64,000 nt of DNA from Chrysomallon squamiferum (lineage: Eukaryota; Animalia; Mollusca). The DNA lies in contig CM022671.1 in NCBI GenBank assembly GCA_012295275.1, positions 36,084,001 to 36,148,000 of the forward strand, read 5' to 3'. Below, one piece after another: positions 1 through 13,600 of this stretch. Position 1 is the first letter of the stretch. Every line of letters begins with the position of its first letter. The notes beneath the pieces were generated by a model. The model worked only from the letters and a program-made list of their open reading frames with translations. It made no database searches and was not told where the DNA came from. A program made the position numbers and the translations under genes.

Positions 1-1488
1 AAGAAGAAATTTATTGTCTTGTTCAAACATACATAGAAAAATGTGAAATAAATGATATAATAAAAATAAAAATAAGATGAATTAAAGCAAAAATCAAAAT
101 AACAACTGTAAATGAATCTTGACAAACTGATGTAAGTGTACAAAGATGTAAATACAAAGATACTGATGATCACAGTTTGTGAAAACACTGGATTTAGATT
201 TCTGAGAATCCCTGTTACCAAAACACAGCAGTCAGATCTAACAAACTGTTGAGTGTGTGACACACCAAACACATCCTCTGTAACTTCACTGAAAACAAAC
301 CTTTAATAATGATAAAGCACAAAAACAATAACAATCTTGATGATTCTTTGTCCTCACTGAAAAGTAATCTTTACTAATGATAAAGTATGAAAAATAATAA
401 AAATCTTGAAGATTCTTTGACATCATTGAAAAGGTATCCTAATGAAAAAGTACAAAAATAATAGAAATTTTGAAGATCCACAGAAGGTAGTGTTTTTGTT
501 TGTAGAAAGATGAATGATACATTTACATCATATTCAGCTGTTTGTTGACTGTTTGAATACAATGGATACAACAGCTACACTGTAGATAAGTGAAACTATC
601 GGACAGTTAAGTAGTACATGGATATAAATAAATATAAATTAACTGTTGGCTGCTAATTGAACAGAGCTGCACAAAACAAACGATGGAGGGAGAAACCTTT
701 TGTGCAGCATTAGCACTTTTTATCTGTTTTCACAACAAAAAGGCATTTTGATATGGAAGCAAAAAAAAATATACATTTTAATAAGAGATCAACTAGATCA
801 CAAATAATATCTATCTAAATTATATAAATTATGGAAAACAGGTTTAAACAAACAAAAAAAAGAAACCACACAAAACCTTGTGATGAAATAAATAAATAAA
901 TGGAATGGTTGAAAATGAAATGTTTTAGATGATATGAAACAAACACAGGTTTAAGGAATGCTGGAACTGACAGGATCACATAAAAACACACGAGTTTACA
1001 CTAGCCATGTACAGGAATGTTTGAATATTACCAAATACAGCTAATGTTCAAAATGAAATCAACCTGGCAATAATCTGTTCTTGCTTCCTTGAAAAATGAC
1101 ACGTTAAAATGTGTTGAATTGAAACAAAATATCAACAAAATTATACTGAATGCTGACAAGGTATTTTTAATAATCCAAATGTCATTAATATTAGTTTATT
1201 GTTGGACAGTAATGTAGTAGTGACCCTCAAAAAATAATTTAAAAAAAATACTAAAATTAATGTAAATCATCTAAAATACATATTTAAAGTTAAATGTATG
1301 ACGAAAACGTTAGAAATGGCAAATCACACTAACAAATTTTGATTTTTGCAACACCATATTACAGAAACAGATGTGCATTCTGCATATTAACAACAGTCAA
1401 GAGACAGATATGGGCCTTAAAACTAGATGTATTTTATCAAGTCATACCAATTTACACATGAACAGATGCACACACGCCACACACACGC

Positions 1489-1523
<35 letters not shown>

Positions 1524-2867
1524 ACCTACAACTTACACAGTAACATTCAAATGTGTCTGAGTAACTGTTCATGTGTAAAAAATTGACTGGTGAGTAAAAT
1601 GACACAAACACTTGATTTAATTTTTGTCCGACATAAATGAGTAATACAAAATGTAAATCAATAAACAGTTCAAAGTATGATCTGCAGAGTTCTTGTCGAG
1701 ATTTCAGGCAGAGTTCAGACGAAAGACTGATATTTAAAACATTCTGTTTGCCTTCCTGCACACTTCTCCTGTGCTGCAAAGAAATCCTTTGGTACACTAA
1801 TTCCAAACTGCAGATGCAGTAACATTCGTGGAATAAAATGCTTGGAATATCAAAAAAAATTGTAAACATTTATCACAAAACACTTGTAGGTGATTCTATC
1901 TATGTTAAGTTCTTTAAAAATATATATAATGATGAGTATATGAACAGGAATAAGCTGTATATAAAATACTAAAGAGTAATAAATACATCACAACACTGCT
2001 GAGATTCATGTTAAAACAGTTCACACAGCAGAACGTTTCACCATTGCAAACTTCTCACAAATCATAATGAATAAAAAATACAGATGTTTATATTTTGTGA
2101 CCTGAAAGTTGTTTTGAGTATCTGGCTTACAGTAATAAAATTATTTTATTATAAAAAATAAATAAATAATAAAACCACATTAAAATTAAGAACTTTATCA
2201 GGTGGGTGACTAACCTATAAAACAGAGAAAATATGTAAAATGTCTTGTCCAAAACAGTTTTACACTTTTAAGTGTCTCACAAATAACCTAAAGAGATTAT
2301 TTTAAAACTAGTTTTATATGAATTTCCCATTCATCTCTTCCTGTGACACATTCATTATCATTTAGAAAAATACACGTACATTTCTATCATTTCTTATTTT
2401 AATATTTAAATATCTTTCCCAGTGATTAAAATATATTTCTAAAACTGTGAATTAAATAAAAGAATTTTATCATAATCATAAATATAAAAAAAACCATTTA
2501 TAAATTATAATTATAAAAACACCATTTATAATTACAAATATCAAAAAGTAATTAAAATAAAAAATAACTGTACTTTTATATGGAATGAAATATCAAAGTT
2601 CCTTTAAAACAATTATGTAAAAAAATGACCAAAACAAAAACCAAAAAATGATAAATCTTAGAATTGTAATGAAAGAAATTGTTTTTTCAAGTATAAAAGA
2701 TTTTAATAAGACATTCCAAATTAGTCATCATGAAAAGGCTGTGATTACATTTTTTACAGTTTATGTATTTATTTAAATACATATTTAGTGTTGTTTTGAT
2801 GTCTTCAGACAGCTGTAACATCAGACTGTGGTGACAGACACACTGTTAACATGGAAATGTGACAAAT

Positions 2868-3241
2868 CTATGACAAGTATTTTCTGATGAATTCTCTCAC
2901 ACTGAGAAACAGCACAGTTTGATCTATGTGGGAAATCTTTGGAGCTGCCATATTCTGAAAACTCTCTGAAAATAAAGTTTAGAAACACAATTTTACATTC
3001 CTGTTGAAATATTCTTCATTCTGAAACAACAGACAGACACAAAATCTCTGTCTCTGTCTGACTCTCTCACACACACACACACACAAAAACCCAATTCAGC
3101 TTTTCATCTACAGATATTCATGAAATCTTCTTCTGAAGCAAGCAATTGCACAGACAGACAGACAGACAGACATACACAGAATTCTAGCTTCTTTCATTCC
3201 CTCACATTCACACTTGAATACCCATAAAAACTTACTATATG

Positions 3242-3320
<79 letters not shown>

Positions 3321-4600
3321 ACAGATGCAGAGACAGTGTTTACTAGTTACAGACTGATACATAGACAGACAGATGAAGAGACACACACAGTAACCTGAAA
3401 GCACTACTGAGTAACGCAGAAGACTGTGGTTGTTCTGTCTGAAGTTGGCGACACACTTAGCAAGTCCTACGTGTTGCTCAAACTCACGGTTACACACACA
3501 CTTGTCTATGAGCTCAACAAAGCCGAGTGACTGGAATGTTGTGAGCAGTGACAGTTTTTTTCTCCAGTCATCTCTGTCTGCGAGTCCAACACTGCACGAG
3601 TCCCTGGAGAGAAACACAAACACAGAAAATTATTCTGAAACTACCTGCATGTCCCTTCTTGTTCATCCAAATTTTATATTTATGGTAAATAACTGAGTGA
3701 AATAATCTCTCCATGGTTTATATCATGACCACTGCTCAATCTCTTTTACCCCCGCAGACATGTGCTCTCATTCTTCAACACGACACAAATCGTGAGATGT
3801 TTTCCAGTTAGCAAAGTAAACAGTTTTTCACCTCATTTTGCCAAGTAACACCAGGATCTTTGAGTGAACGGTGACAAGCCAGGTCCTTCCAGTTTTCTTT
3901 TTACACAGGTACACACAGCTCAGCAGCTTCTCAATTACAGCTGAAACCAACATTTTGTACACTTAATTATATATATTCATCACAGCAGATTATTACACAG
4001 TTTGAATATAACACTTTATATAGTTAATTATGTATTTTATTCACAGCAGATTATTACATATTTTAAATATAACACTTTATATAGTTAATTATATATTTTC
4101 ATCACAGCAGATTATTACAGTTTGAATATAACATTTTATATAGTTAATTATATTATTTTCATCAGAGCAGATTATTACAGTTTGAATATAACATTTTACA
4201 TAGTTAATTATATATTTTCATAACAGCAGATTATTACACAGTTTGAATATAACACTTTATATAGTTAATTACGTATTTTAATCACAGCAGATTATTACAT
4301 ATTTTAAATATAACACATTATATAGTTAATTATGTATTTTAAATGTAACATTTTGTAAAAAATTTAAATATAACAGTTTAAATAAATTATTATATATATA
4401 TATAAAAATTATTATATTATATAGATAAATATAACCATAATGTTAGAGATTCTTATGCAGAACAGAAGATAAACTGAAAAAAAAAAATATATATATATAA
4501 ATAAAGAATTTAAAAATAAAAAAGAACTATTTAGAAATTAGATTACCTGATCCTGTCCACAGTATAACTGTGTTGTCCAAAGTGACACATCCTCCATCTT
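2868..4600 (-). CDS. TASOR: C-terminal PIN-like domain exons of the TASOR-like gene
   Basis: GGCVTLDNTVILWTGS|AVIEKLLSCVYLCKKKTGRTWLVTVHSKILVLLGKMR|...KLSLLTTFQSLGFVELIDKCVCN...LAKCVANFRQNNHSLLRYSVVLS|E...VLFLSVREFIRKYLS* resembles the recalled TASOR-family C-terminus (GGFVISDD...WKWLLH...KSFQSANIIELL...RFAVLLT...VNNFI). All junction phases fit. Confidence 0.8.
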
Positions 4601-7600
4601 GTTTACAGACTGCATCACTCTTGTCAGTAACATCTCCATCTTGAGCTTTTTTCTTTGTCCTCATAGTTTTGACAGCTGATGTATGAGAACATAGGTTTGG
4701 TTCAGTTTGAATGTTCAGTTCACTATCATAGTGAGAGCTGTTGAGGCTGCTGTAAGATGTTTTAGTAGCTGCAGCGCTGTTGTCATGCCATGTTTTAACA
4801 CTGTGATCACTGACAAGACTCTTTTTAGATGTCTGTGACCCACACAGATCATTGCTCTTCTGGTCAAAGCGGATACCAGCTGAGTCGATCTCTTCATGTT
4901 TCTCCGTATCTCTTAACAATGGTTTATTAATGTTTGCTTTTACCAAGCCTTTCATGCAGCTCCTGGATGTCCTGGGCATTTCACTAACACAGTATCTCAA
5001 ATCTGGGTTATTACTTGTGTGTTCAGATTCAGACTTACTACTGCAGAGGTTGCTCCAAGCAGATTTTCTATCTGACCTGCATGTCTGTGAACTTTGACTC
5101 TGCTGGAAGGTTACTGAATGGTAAGAGTAACCCCTGTTAGCATGACCTGACTGATCATAACATGACTGCATCACATCCGAATGGTAAGAGTAACCCCTGT
5201 TAGCATGACCTGACTGATCATAACCCGACTGCATCACATCCAACCTGACACACCTCTGTTTGCTGCTGACAGCAACTTCACTGCTGTTTTCTCTTTTACA
5301 TGTATTCTTATTACAGTCAGCTCTACCAGTATCATTAGCTGTTTCACATCCTGAACCATTCGCTGAATCAACCGTATTTGTGCTGCTAAATGTTTTATCA
5401 GTAACACTGTTATCTGTGGAACAAGCAGTCAAACTTTTGTCTAGCACGTTACTGTCAGATGTTTTGTGACCATCTTCTGATGGCTTTGTCGTGATTTCGG
5501 AAGAAGGTTCAGCATAATACAGGACAGAAGACGATGCTTTTGATCTCATTTCAGGTGTTGCTTGGTCAAGTTTAATCTTACAGTCTGTGTTGTGTTGTTC
5601 ACATTTGTCTCGTTCTGTTTCAGATTCTGCCATTCTCTGTGTTGTGTAAAGTTTTGTTGTTTTCAATGCATAGTTTTGTCTTCTAGGGTCTTTACTCAGT
5701 CTGTTCTGTCCACCATCAGTTTCAGAATGCACTTCCCTGGAGCAAGTAATACCACAGTGTGAGTGATCTTCACTGGATAAACAGTTTACATCTTTATTTT
5801 GTTGACTGATAGATACACCACGGGCCTGGTTGTGATACTCACAAGGGTCTCTCTCTGGTTCATGGTTCATGTAACATGAAGTGTAATTCTTTACACTAGC
5901 ATCAGGCCTCGAATCTGCACAATACAAAACTGCAGTTAAACAAAACAAATTCTTAACACTATCAAAAAGTAAAATCTTATAAAACATTCTAAACTTATTA
6001 AATAACAACCTCACATTTGTTCAATGCCACTTTAACAGACTTTAATGTTAATGATTATTAAACTTTAAAAAAAATGTGTATTACTATAATCAGGTATTAG
6101 TGGAAACCCACTACATCATTTGTAAATATTTATAAATATACTTTGTCACATGTAAGAGAAGACACAGCAGTCTGTTAGTACATGTATTAATTATTAGAAA
6201 GTGTTTGAACGGGAAAATAGAGTCCACCATCACAACAAAGATGACAAATCCAGTGACTGTTTTTCAGACATTAAATAATCATTTAAATAAGTAAAGTTTT
6301 TATTTATTTATTTTTGTTTTTCACTCGAAGTCTCTTAACATCTAAACAGTGTTGTGATAAATGACTGTTTTGTATTTGTGACCATGTGATGTGTCAACAC
6401 ATCTTACCGACGTCATGACATCTGTCAAATGTGATGGGAAGAAGGGTGTGTTCCCACTTACAGAATCTGTCAGGGTGGGGACCCACTGGTCGATAGCTAG
6501 GCTCTCCTTCAAAAACAAACAAATATTTCAATACTTAATTCAGTTATGTTTCTGTAATTAATTTTAGTCTATCATATAATTACTTGAAAAACATTTTTAT
6601 AATTGCTTTAAGTATATTTTTATAATTACTTGAAATATATTTCTATCATTACTTTAGATATATTTCTGTAATTACTAACACACACACACACACACACACA
6701 CACTGAATATTTATATCAGAATAATCACTTTTCATTAATTTACCTATTTGAGAGAGTACATGTGCATCTGAGACAGAGAAACAGAAAGATGTAAAGATGT
6801 TACCAAATTCAATTAAAATATATATATAACAGTAATATTTTTATTTTTACTTTTTTCCTGTTCTTGTCTCTGTGATATTACGGCAGGCTGTTTCTGTCTG
6901 GGTGACATCACACTGGGCTGATTTTCTCTGGGTGACATCACATTGTGCTGTTTCTGTCTGGGTGACATCACACTGGGCTGATTTTCTCTGGGTGACATCA
7001 CATTGTGCTGTTTCTGTCTTGGTGACATCACACTGTGCTGTTTCTGTGTGGGTGACATATTGTGCTGTTTCTGTCTGGGTGACAACATACTGTGCTGTTT
7101 CTCTCTGGGTGACATACTGTGCTGTTTATGTGTGGATGACATGGTGTACTGTTTCTGTATGTGTGACTTCATACTGTCCTGTGTCTGTATGTTTGACCTC
7201 ATACTGTGCTGTGTCTGTATGTGTGACTTCATACTGTGCTGTTTCTGTATGTGTGACATCATATTGGGCTGATTCATTTCGAAACCTGCTGAATGTTTCG
7301 ATTCTACATCTCTGAGTTCACTAGTCTTGTTTTCAGACAAATTCACTGTTTTTCTGGGCTGGAGACAGAACAAGCTTTGGACGTGCTCACTGGACAAATC
7401 AGAGTCTTTCTTGTTTTGGTTCCACTCTGATACATTACAACTGTCCTTTCCACCTGTCTGGGAATGACTGGCTAGATCTGCACACGCCACAGTGTGTGTT
7501 TTTACCAAGTACTCACTACGTTCATCATTAGTCTCCTTATCTACAGGAAAATGACCACTGTGACCAGTCTGGTGACCAACTGTGTTTTCTGTGGGGTCGG

Positions 7601-10600
7601 CAATGGCCAAGTGCCACAGATTCCAAAATGGTGAAAATAATGATTTGTCTGTGAATTTTTCTCTTACGTCATGCATATCAAATTCATGCAATCCGTGTTT
7701 AATTTCTTTTTCCTCTTCCTCTCTTCTGTAATCAAGCTGTGTTTGACGTGTGTCACCTCTCTCAGAAACCATTTTCAAATCATCACAGCCATTAAATGCA
7801 CAGTATTCACCCACCTTGTTTTCAAATGTTATGGTGTGGCTTGCAGTTTCATTTGAATGATCTGCTCCCAGTCTTGAATTCTGTTTCAGTGTCTGACGCA
7901 TTTTTCCTGAATCCTTCTTCTCACTGCTGTTTGAACCTCCACCATGCCTGGACTTAATATTTGTGAATCGTCTGTCACTAAACCGATTGTAATCCTGCTG
8001 CCTGTTTACCCACCGGTCATTAAAGTTTCTGTCCGTCTTATGTCTGTACATGCTGCTGTCTTTGTGTGAACTGTTAACTTTCTGATGTAGAGATATGTTT
8101 TCTCTTGTGTTTCTATGACCATCCAAGGAACTGTGGGCATCAGACAGAAAAGCTGTACCTCGTATGTTTCCCTTCAAGGAGCTGTATCCTGTCCTGCTAA
8201 CATCCTGTGTGAAGGTTCTAGTTTCTGTTGTTGAAGAATTAGCCATTTCTGATTCAAAATTTCTCTTGTTGACATTCTTGTATTTGTTTGGTTCTCCTGA
8301 AGACTGTGCTTCCACTTCATCATTCTGCATAGATATTAACATGAAATCGATTTAAACAAGACTTTCTAAACTAATAATTCAGTTCTTTAATTATATACAT
8401 TCACATTTTTTTAAGTATTTCAAACATGTTCATAAATCCATGATAAGCAGATTTCTGAACTAATTAAAAATTGAAAAATTATTTAATATTCTAAATGTTT
8501 AATTATTTAAATTTCACTGTTTGTCATTTAAATTTAACTGTGACAACTAACAAGAAGTGGGGTTTGAGTAACTGAATGAACAGCATGTTAGAAATTGATT
8601 TAATTATTTTTATTATTACTTAATATAGATAGCCAACCATCAACACAAGAGCACTGACAAAATACAATTTGTCTGTGGTAAGACTGTGAAGAAACAAATA
8701 TGTTAAACATGTGTCCCATAGAAAATCATACTGATGATAAATTGATAAGATAACAAACTTTTCTGCACACCAGAAAGGACAAAACAGCTATGACTGAAAT
8801 GAAAAGCTTTGGTATGAAATTCAAGACAAAGCACTATGTAACAGTGTCACAGCCAGTTAACTCATAATTACAACATAGACACAGTGATAAAATCTTGCTA
8901 TGTGGAATTACCTGTATTTCATGTCTGTACACATCAAACACCAATGAGCTGTCTGCCTGCACACAGCTGTATGTCTCTGCCAGCTGACTTTGGTTTTCTG
9001 ACTGTTCCATGTCAATTTGACCAAAATCACTGTAAAACAATTAGTCACAGTAGAATCCTTATTTAACTGTAACACCATTTAACTGTAAAAGTGACTTGCT
9101 ACATCTGTTATTTATGTATAACTTTATTTAACTGTAATACAGTCACACCCTACATCTGTCAAATCAACAGACCTTATTTAACTTGTTTTCTTTTCTTCCA
9201 AAAAATGTCATTACATTTTCATTCTGTTAAGTTGGGATGACCATATAAAACGTTTTGGCTATTGGATTTTTTTTTTTTTTTATATATTTTTTTTAAATTA
9301 CAAATGCCCCATACTAAAACCTGACTTCATTTTACTGACATTACTAATCATACAAACTTACTAATTATCACTGGTATCACAGTCTCGCCCAGTGTTTTCC
9401 TGGTGTCTTGAGAAGGTGTGGTCAGCAGACCATCGTGTTCTGAAATCACTACACTGACTTTCAAAGTTGTTACTCTGCAGCTGCCACCACTTGAACGTCG
9501 TTTCTGGCAGGTTCTCCAACAAAACGTCACTGCAGAGCAAACACAGAATAGTGTAAAATCAGTTCACTACTAAACTTTAATAAACTCTTTGTTATGAAAT
9601 TCACTTTAACAGAAACAGAAGAAAAACTAAAATTATAGATATATATATATATATATATATATAAAATAAATAAAATGTTATGAAGAACATATTTATTTTT
9701 ATTGAGAACAAAACTACAAAGCTTTACAGTTAGAAAAATAAATAAAAAATAAAAATAATTAAATAAAATGACAGTAAGTCAAACAAAAACAAAACACCAA
9801 CCACTAATCAGCTGTACAGCTCTCAAGTCGTGCATCAGACGTGTTGTTACATGTTTCAAGTACACAATCTAACACAAAGCTTCAATAAAGTAAAAACTAC
9901 TTTACTTGCTATTCAGACTGAATGTAGCATATTCTCTGTTGTCACTTTTCCAATATCTGTAAGGATGAAACTTGCGCCTTCTTCTGTTCTCAACCTTCCA
10001 CAATGTTCCTCTTTTCCCATTCTAACAAATACACATAACATCAACCATTTATTTGCAAGCAGATTTAAAATTCATATTTTGTACTTTCACAGCATGATCT
10101 TTTTTTTATTAAGAAATCTTATGACAGCAAAACACTGGCAAAAGCATTAAGAATACATATACATAAATGTGTTTCTGTTAATATTTGTTTTTTGATGTGA
10201 ACATTATTTGCTAATTTAGACATACTGTCAGTTTCAAAAATTAAAATAAAAAATGCATGTGTAATGTTAAATAACCTCTGCAGGCAGGTATCAGTAATGT
10301 AAGTTATACCACTTCAACCTACACTCAACCTACACCACTTCAACCTACACTCAAAAAGTAAACAGCTTCAACCTACACTCAACCTATACCACTTGAACCT
10401 ACACTCAAAAAGTAAACAGCTCGTTTGTTAACTATTTTGTCTTGACACTGCACACAGACCTGTTCTCAAGTGAGGAAGGACAGTGTCAAGTAAAAGTCTT
10501 GTTTTAGTATACACGATAAATAAAATAACTGGCTACTGTTTTCAGATTTCAGATCAATCACCTCCCAACAGTTGTCTTTGTTTTCACACAATAAAACAAA

Positions 10601-13600
10601 CGATCAAAGACAGTAATTTGTTTACAAGACCACTAAAATGATATTAGTAGAAGGTGCTCACCTTTGACTGTTCTTTTTCTTGTAAGCTGGGTTCTGTCAG
10701 TGAATCTCTTCTCATTATATTTTGTCTATTCTCAGAACTACTTCTGTTTCTTGATCTGTTATTCTTAGAACTACTTCTATAGCTAGTGTTTTTCTCAGAA
10801 CTACTTCTATTACATGATCTGTTCTCAGAACTGCTTCTAATACATGGTCTGTTCTCAGAACTGCTTCTAATACATGATCTGTTCTCAGAACTGCTTCTAA
10901 TATATGGTCTGTTCTCAGAACTGCTTCTAATACATGATCTGTTCTCAGAACTGCTTCTGTTTGGTTTGTTATCACTCACTCTGTGAGCCTGTTTGGAAGA
11001 TTTCAAATCTATTGTTGAAAACATCTCTTCTGAACTTCTTCGACTTGAAGCAAGATCAGACAACTCTGAGTAAAGACCATGTGAGTGTGAAAAAATGCTT
11101 GGTATGGCATTATTTGCTGTAGACAATGCCTGTTTGAATAAATGACAATTTTTATTTATTTTGGGAATCCTGAAAGAATTTTGTGATGTAGTTTTAAAAC
11201 GTTTATTCTCACTACCATTCTCAGATTTCTTTGCCTGACTCTTTTCTACTCTACTGATGTCATTTCTGTAGTCTGATTCTGACCGTCTGTATCTCTTTGG
11301 TGAATTTGTCCTTGACAGTCTCACATATCTACACTGCTTTTGTGATTCTGGCTGAATCAGTCCATATCTCTCTGGAGAATCTGATTGTGAATGTCTACAC
11401 CTCTTCTTTGACTTTGATAACTGTCTACCTCTATCAGATGACAGTCTACACTTACTACCTGACTGAGACAGTCTACTCTCTGCAGGTGATTCTGAATGCG
11501 ACAGTCTATTCCTCACAGTTGATCTTGGCAGTGATATTTTACATCTAGTTGGTGACCTGGACTGTGACATTTCATGTATAACCGGTGACTTGGACTGTGT
11601 TATTTTACATGTAGGTGGTGACTTGGACTGTGTTATTTTATGTGTAGGTGGTGACTTGGACTGTCTTATTTTACGTGTAGGTGGTGACTTGGACTGTCTT
11701 ATTTTACGTGTAGGTGGTGACTTGGACTGTCTTATTTTACGTGTAGGTGGTGACTTGGACTGTCTTATTTTACGTGTAGGTGGTGACTTGGACTGTGTTA
11801 GTTTACATGTAGGTGGTGACTTGGACTGTGTTATTTTACGTGTAGGTGGTGACTTGGACTGTGTTATTTTACGTGTAGGTGGTGACTTGGACTTTGTTAT
11901 TTTACGTGTAGGTGGTGACTTGGACTGTGATGTTTTATATTTCACTGAAGACACTGAGGCTGAGAGTCTACATCTCCGATTGTGTTTATCTGCCTGTGAA
12001 GCTGTTGGTGACTTGTTTATTTGTTTCTGATTTTTAGTCAATGCGTCTGCAACAGAAGACAACATTTTGACTTTCGTTTCTGAATCCAAGCCTTTGCCTG
12101 CTTTATTCCGTGATGCTCGACTGTCTTTCTTTTCAGACTTTCTTTTATCTGAAATGTCAGAATTTTTACCTTTGCCACTTTCATTTTTCTGATTTTCTTT
12201 GCAAACCAAAGTTCTCCCTTCCCTGTTTGTGAATCTAAATGACACTTGCCTTTTCTTTGTATGGCCTTTCACAGATCCAGAGAGAATTCCTGTGCGACTC
12301 ACATGAATGCTCCTCATAACAAGTCTGTTCTGTTCAAGTACAAGCCAGAGAGCGTCTCCTTTCATTACATCATTTACAACAACAAAACATTCTTTCACCA
12401 ACACTTTAGGCACAGTCTTTGCTTTAGACAACTTTTTATTTAAACAATCCTCAGAAAACTTTTCAGTTACTTCTTTAGTCAAATTATCACTTTTTTTCAC
12501 TATTTTCTGCTTATCTTCAACATCAGTGGTTTTACCAAAGCACCTATCAACAATGTTATGACCCGATTCCTTCACTCTGTCAGGCAGACTTGAACACTTT
12601 GTAAATGTTCTGATTGCTTGATTGTGCAATTTTTCACCTGTACTAGGAGTTTGGTTTTAATCGAGTCTTTCAAAGGTCTGATGACATCTACACAACAGTG
12701 GGCTGATTTATGATCTGTGATTTGTCTCATTTTCGCAGACATATCAACACCACCATGCAGCACATTTACAATGTCTTGAGAATAATGCTTGTCACTCTCT
12801 AAAACAAATCATAACAAATTCTAAATTAAAAAAATAAAAAGCAGGTTGATATCCTGAAAAAGTTTCATGGAAAAGATTTCTACTAAGATCTACAATTTTT
12901 TTTTTTTTTTGCTTTTATGTCTTTTGCAAACATAAAACTGTCATTTATTAATAACAAAAATTATTTTTATTATTACAATTATTACTATTATTATATATAT
13001 ATATTTAAATCTCTAATTTGCCAAATCAACATTTTTGTGGGTGAGTACAAGCAGATTTGTTGTTATTGTAGACAGCCAACAGGTGAAAGTTTGATTTTGT
13101 TCATCTAATGCAATATTTGGATCTGTACTGTACATAATTTTTGGAAAGACAGTAAAAAAACTGAAACTTCTGGAACATCTTACCTGTTTTCAGTCTTGAC
13201 CTTCACTGACCTGTGGCCAGTTACCTCTAACTGTCGTGGAAGACAACTGTCTGTCTTCTGGTCATCTTTTCTCTTTTCACTGAGGTTCTCATCGTCTGTC
13301 TGGGAACCTACATCTGTGGGACTAAAGTTCTTTGTAAGAAATGAAGTGGGTAACAGCTGACTAGAATTATGGCTCTTTAACCTGTTTGTGTTGTTGTATT
13401 CACAAGAGCTGAAGGCTGAACTTTCTTCACTGCTAAACATGGACTGGATAAGATCAGGACTGTAACATTTTACAGCAGAAGTCATTTGTAATGTTTCTTC
13501 TTTCACTTCACTACTTGGTGCTTGTAAACAGAGTTCTTCCCTTTTGAAACAAACAATCTGTTGTGAAGAACTGCTGGATGTTGCTGCTGATGTTTCTTTA

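Noticed and set aside
3832-3940. Suspected premature stop in exon 23
   Set aside because: Careful re-reading (AGC TGT GTG TAC CTG TGT AAA) shows the frame is open.
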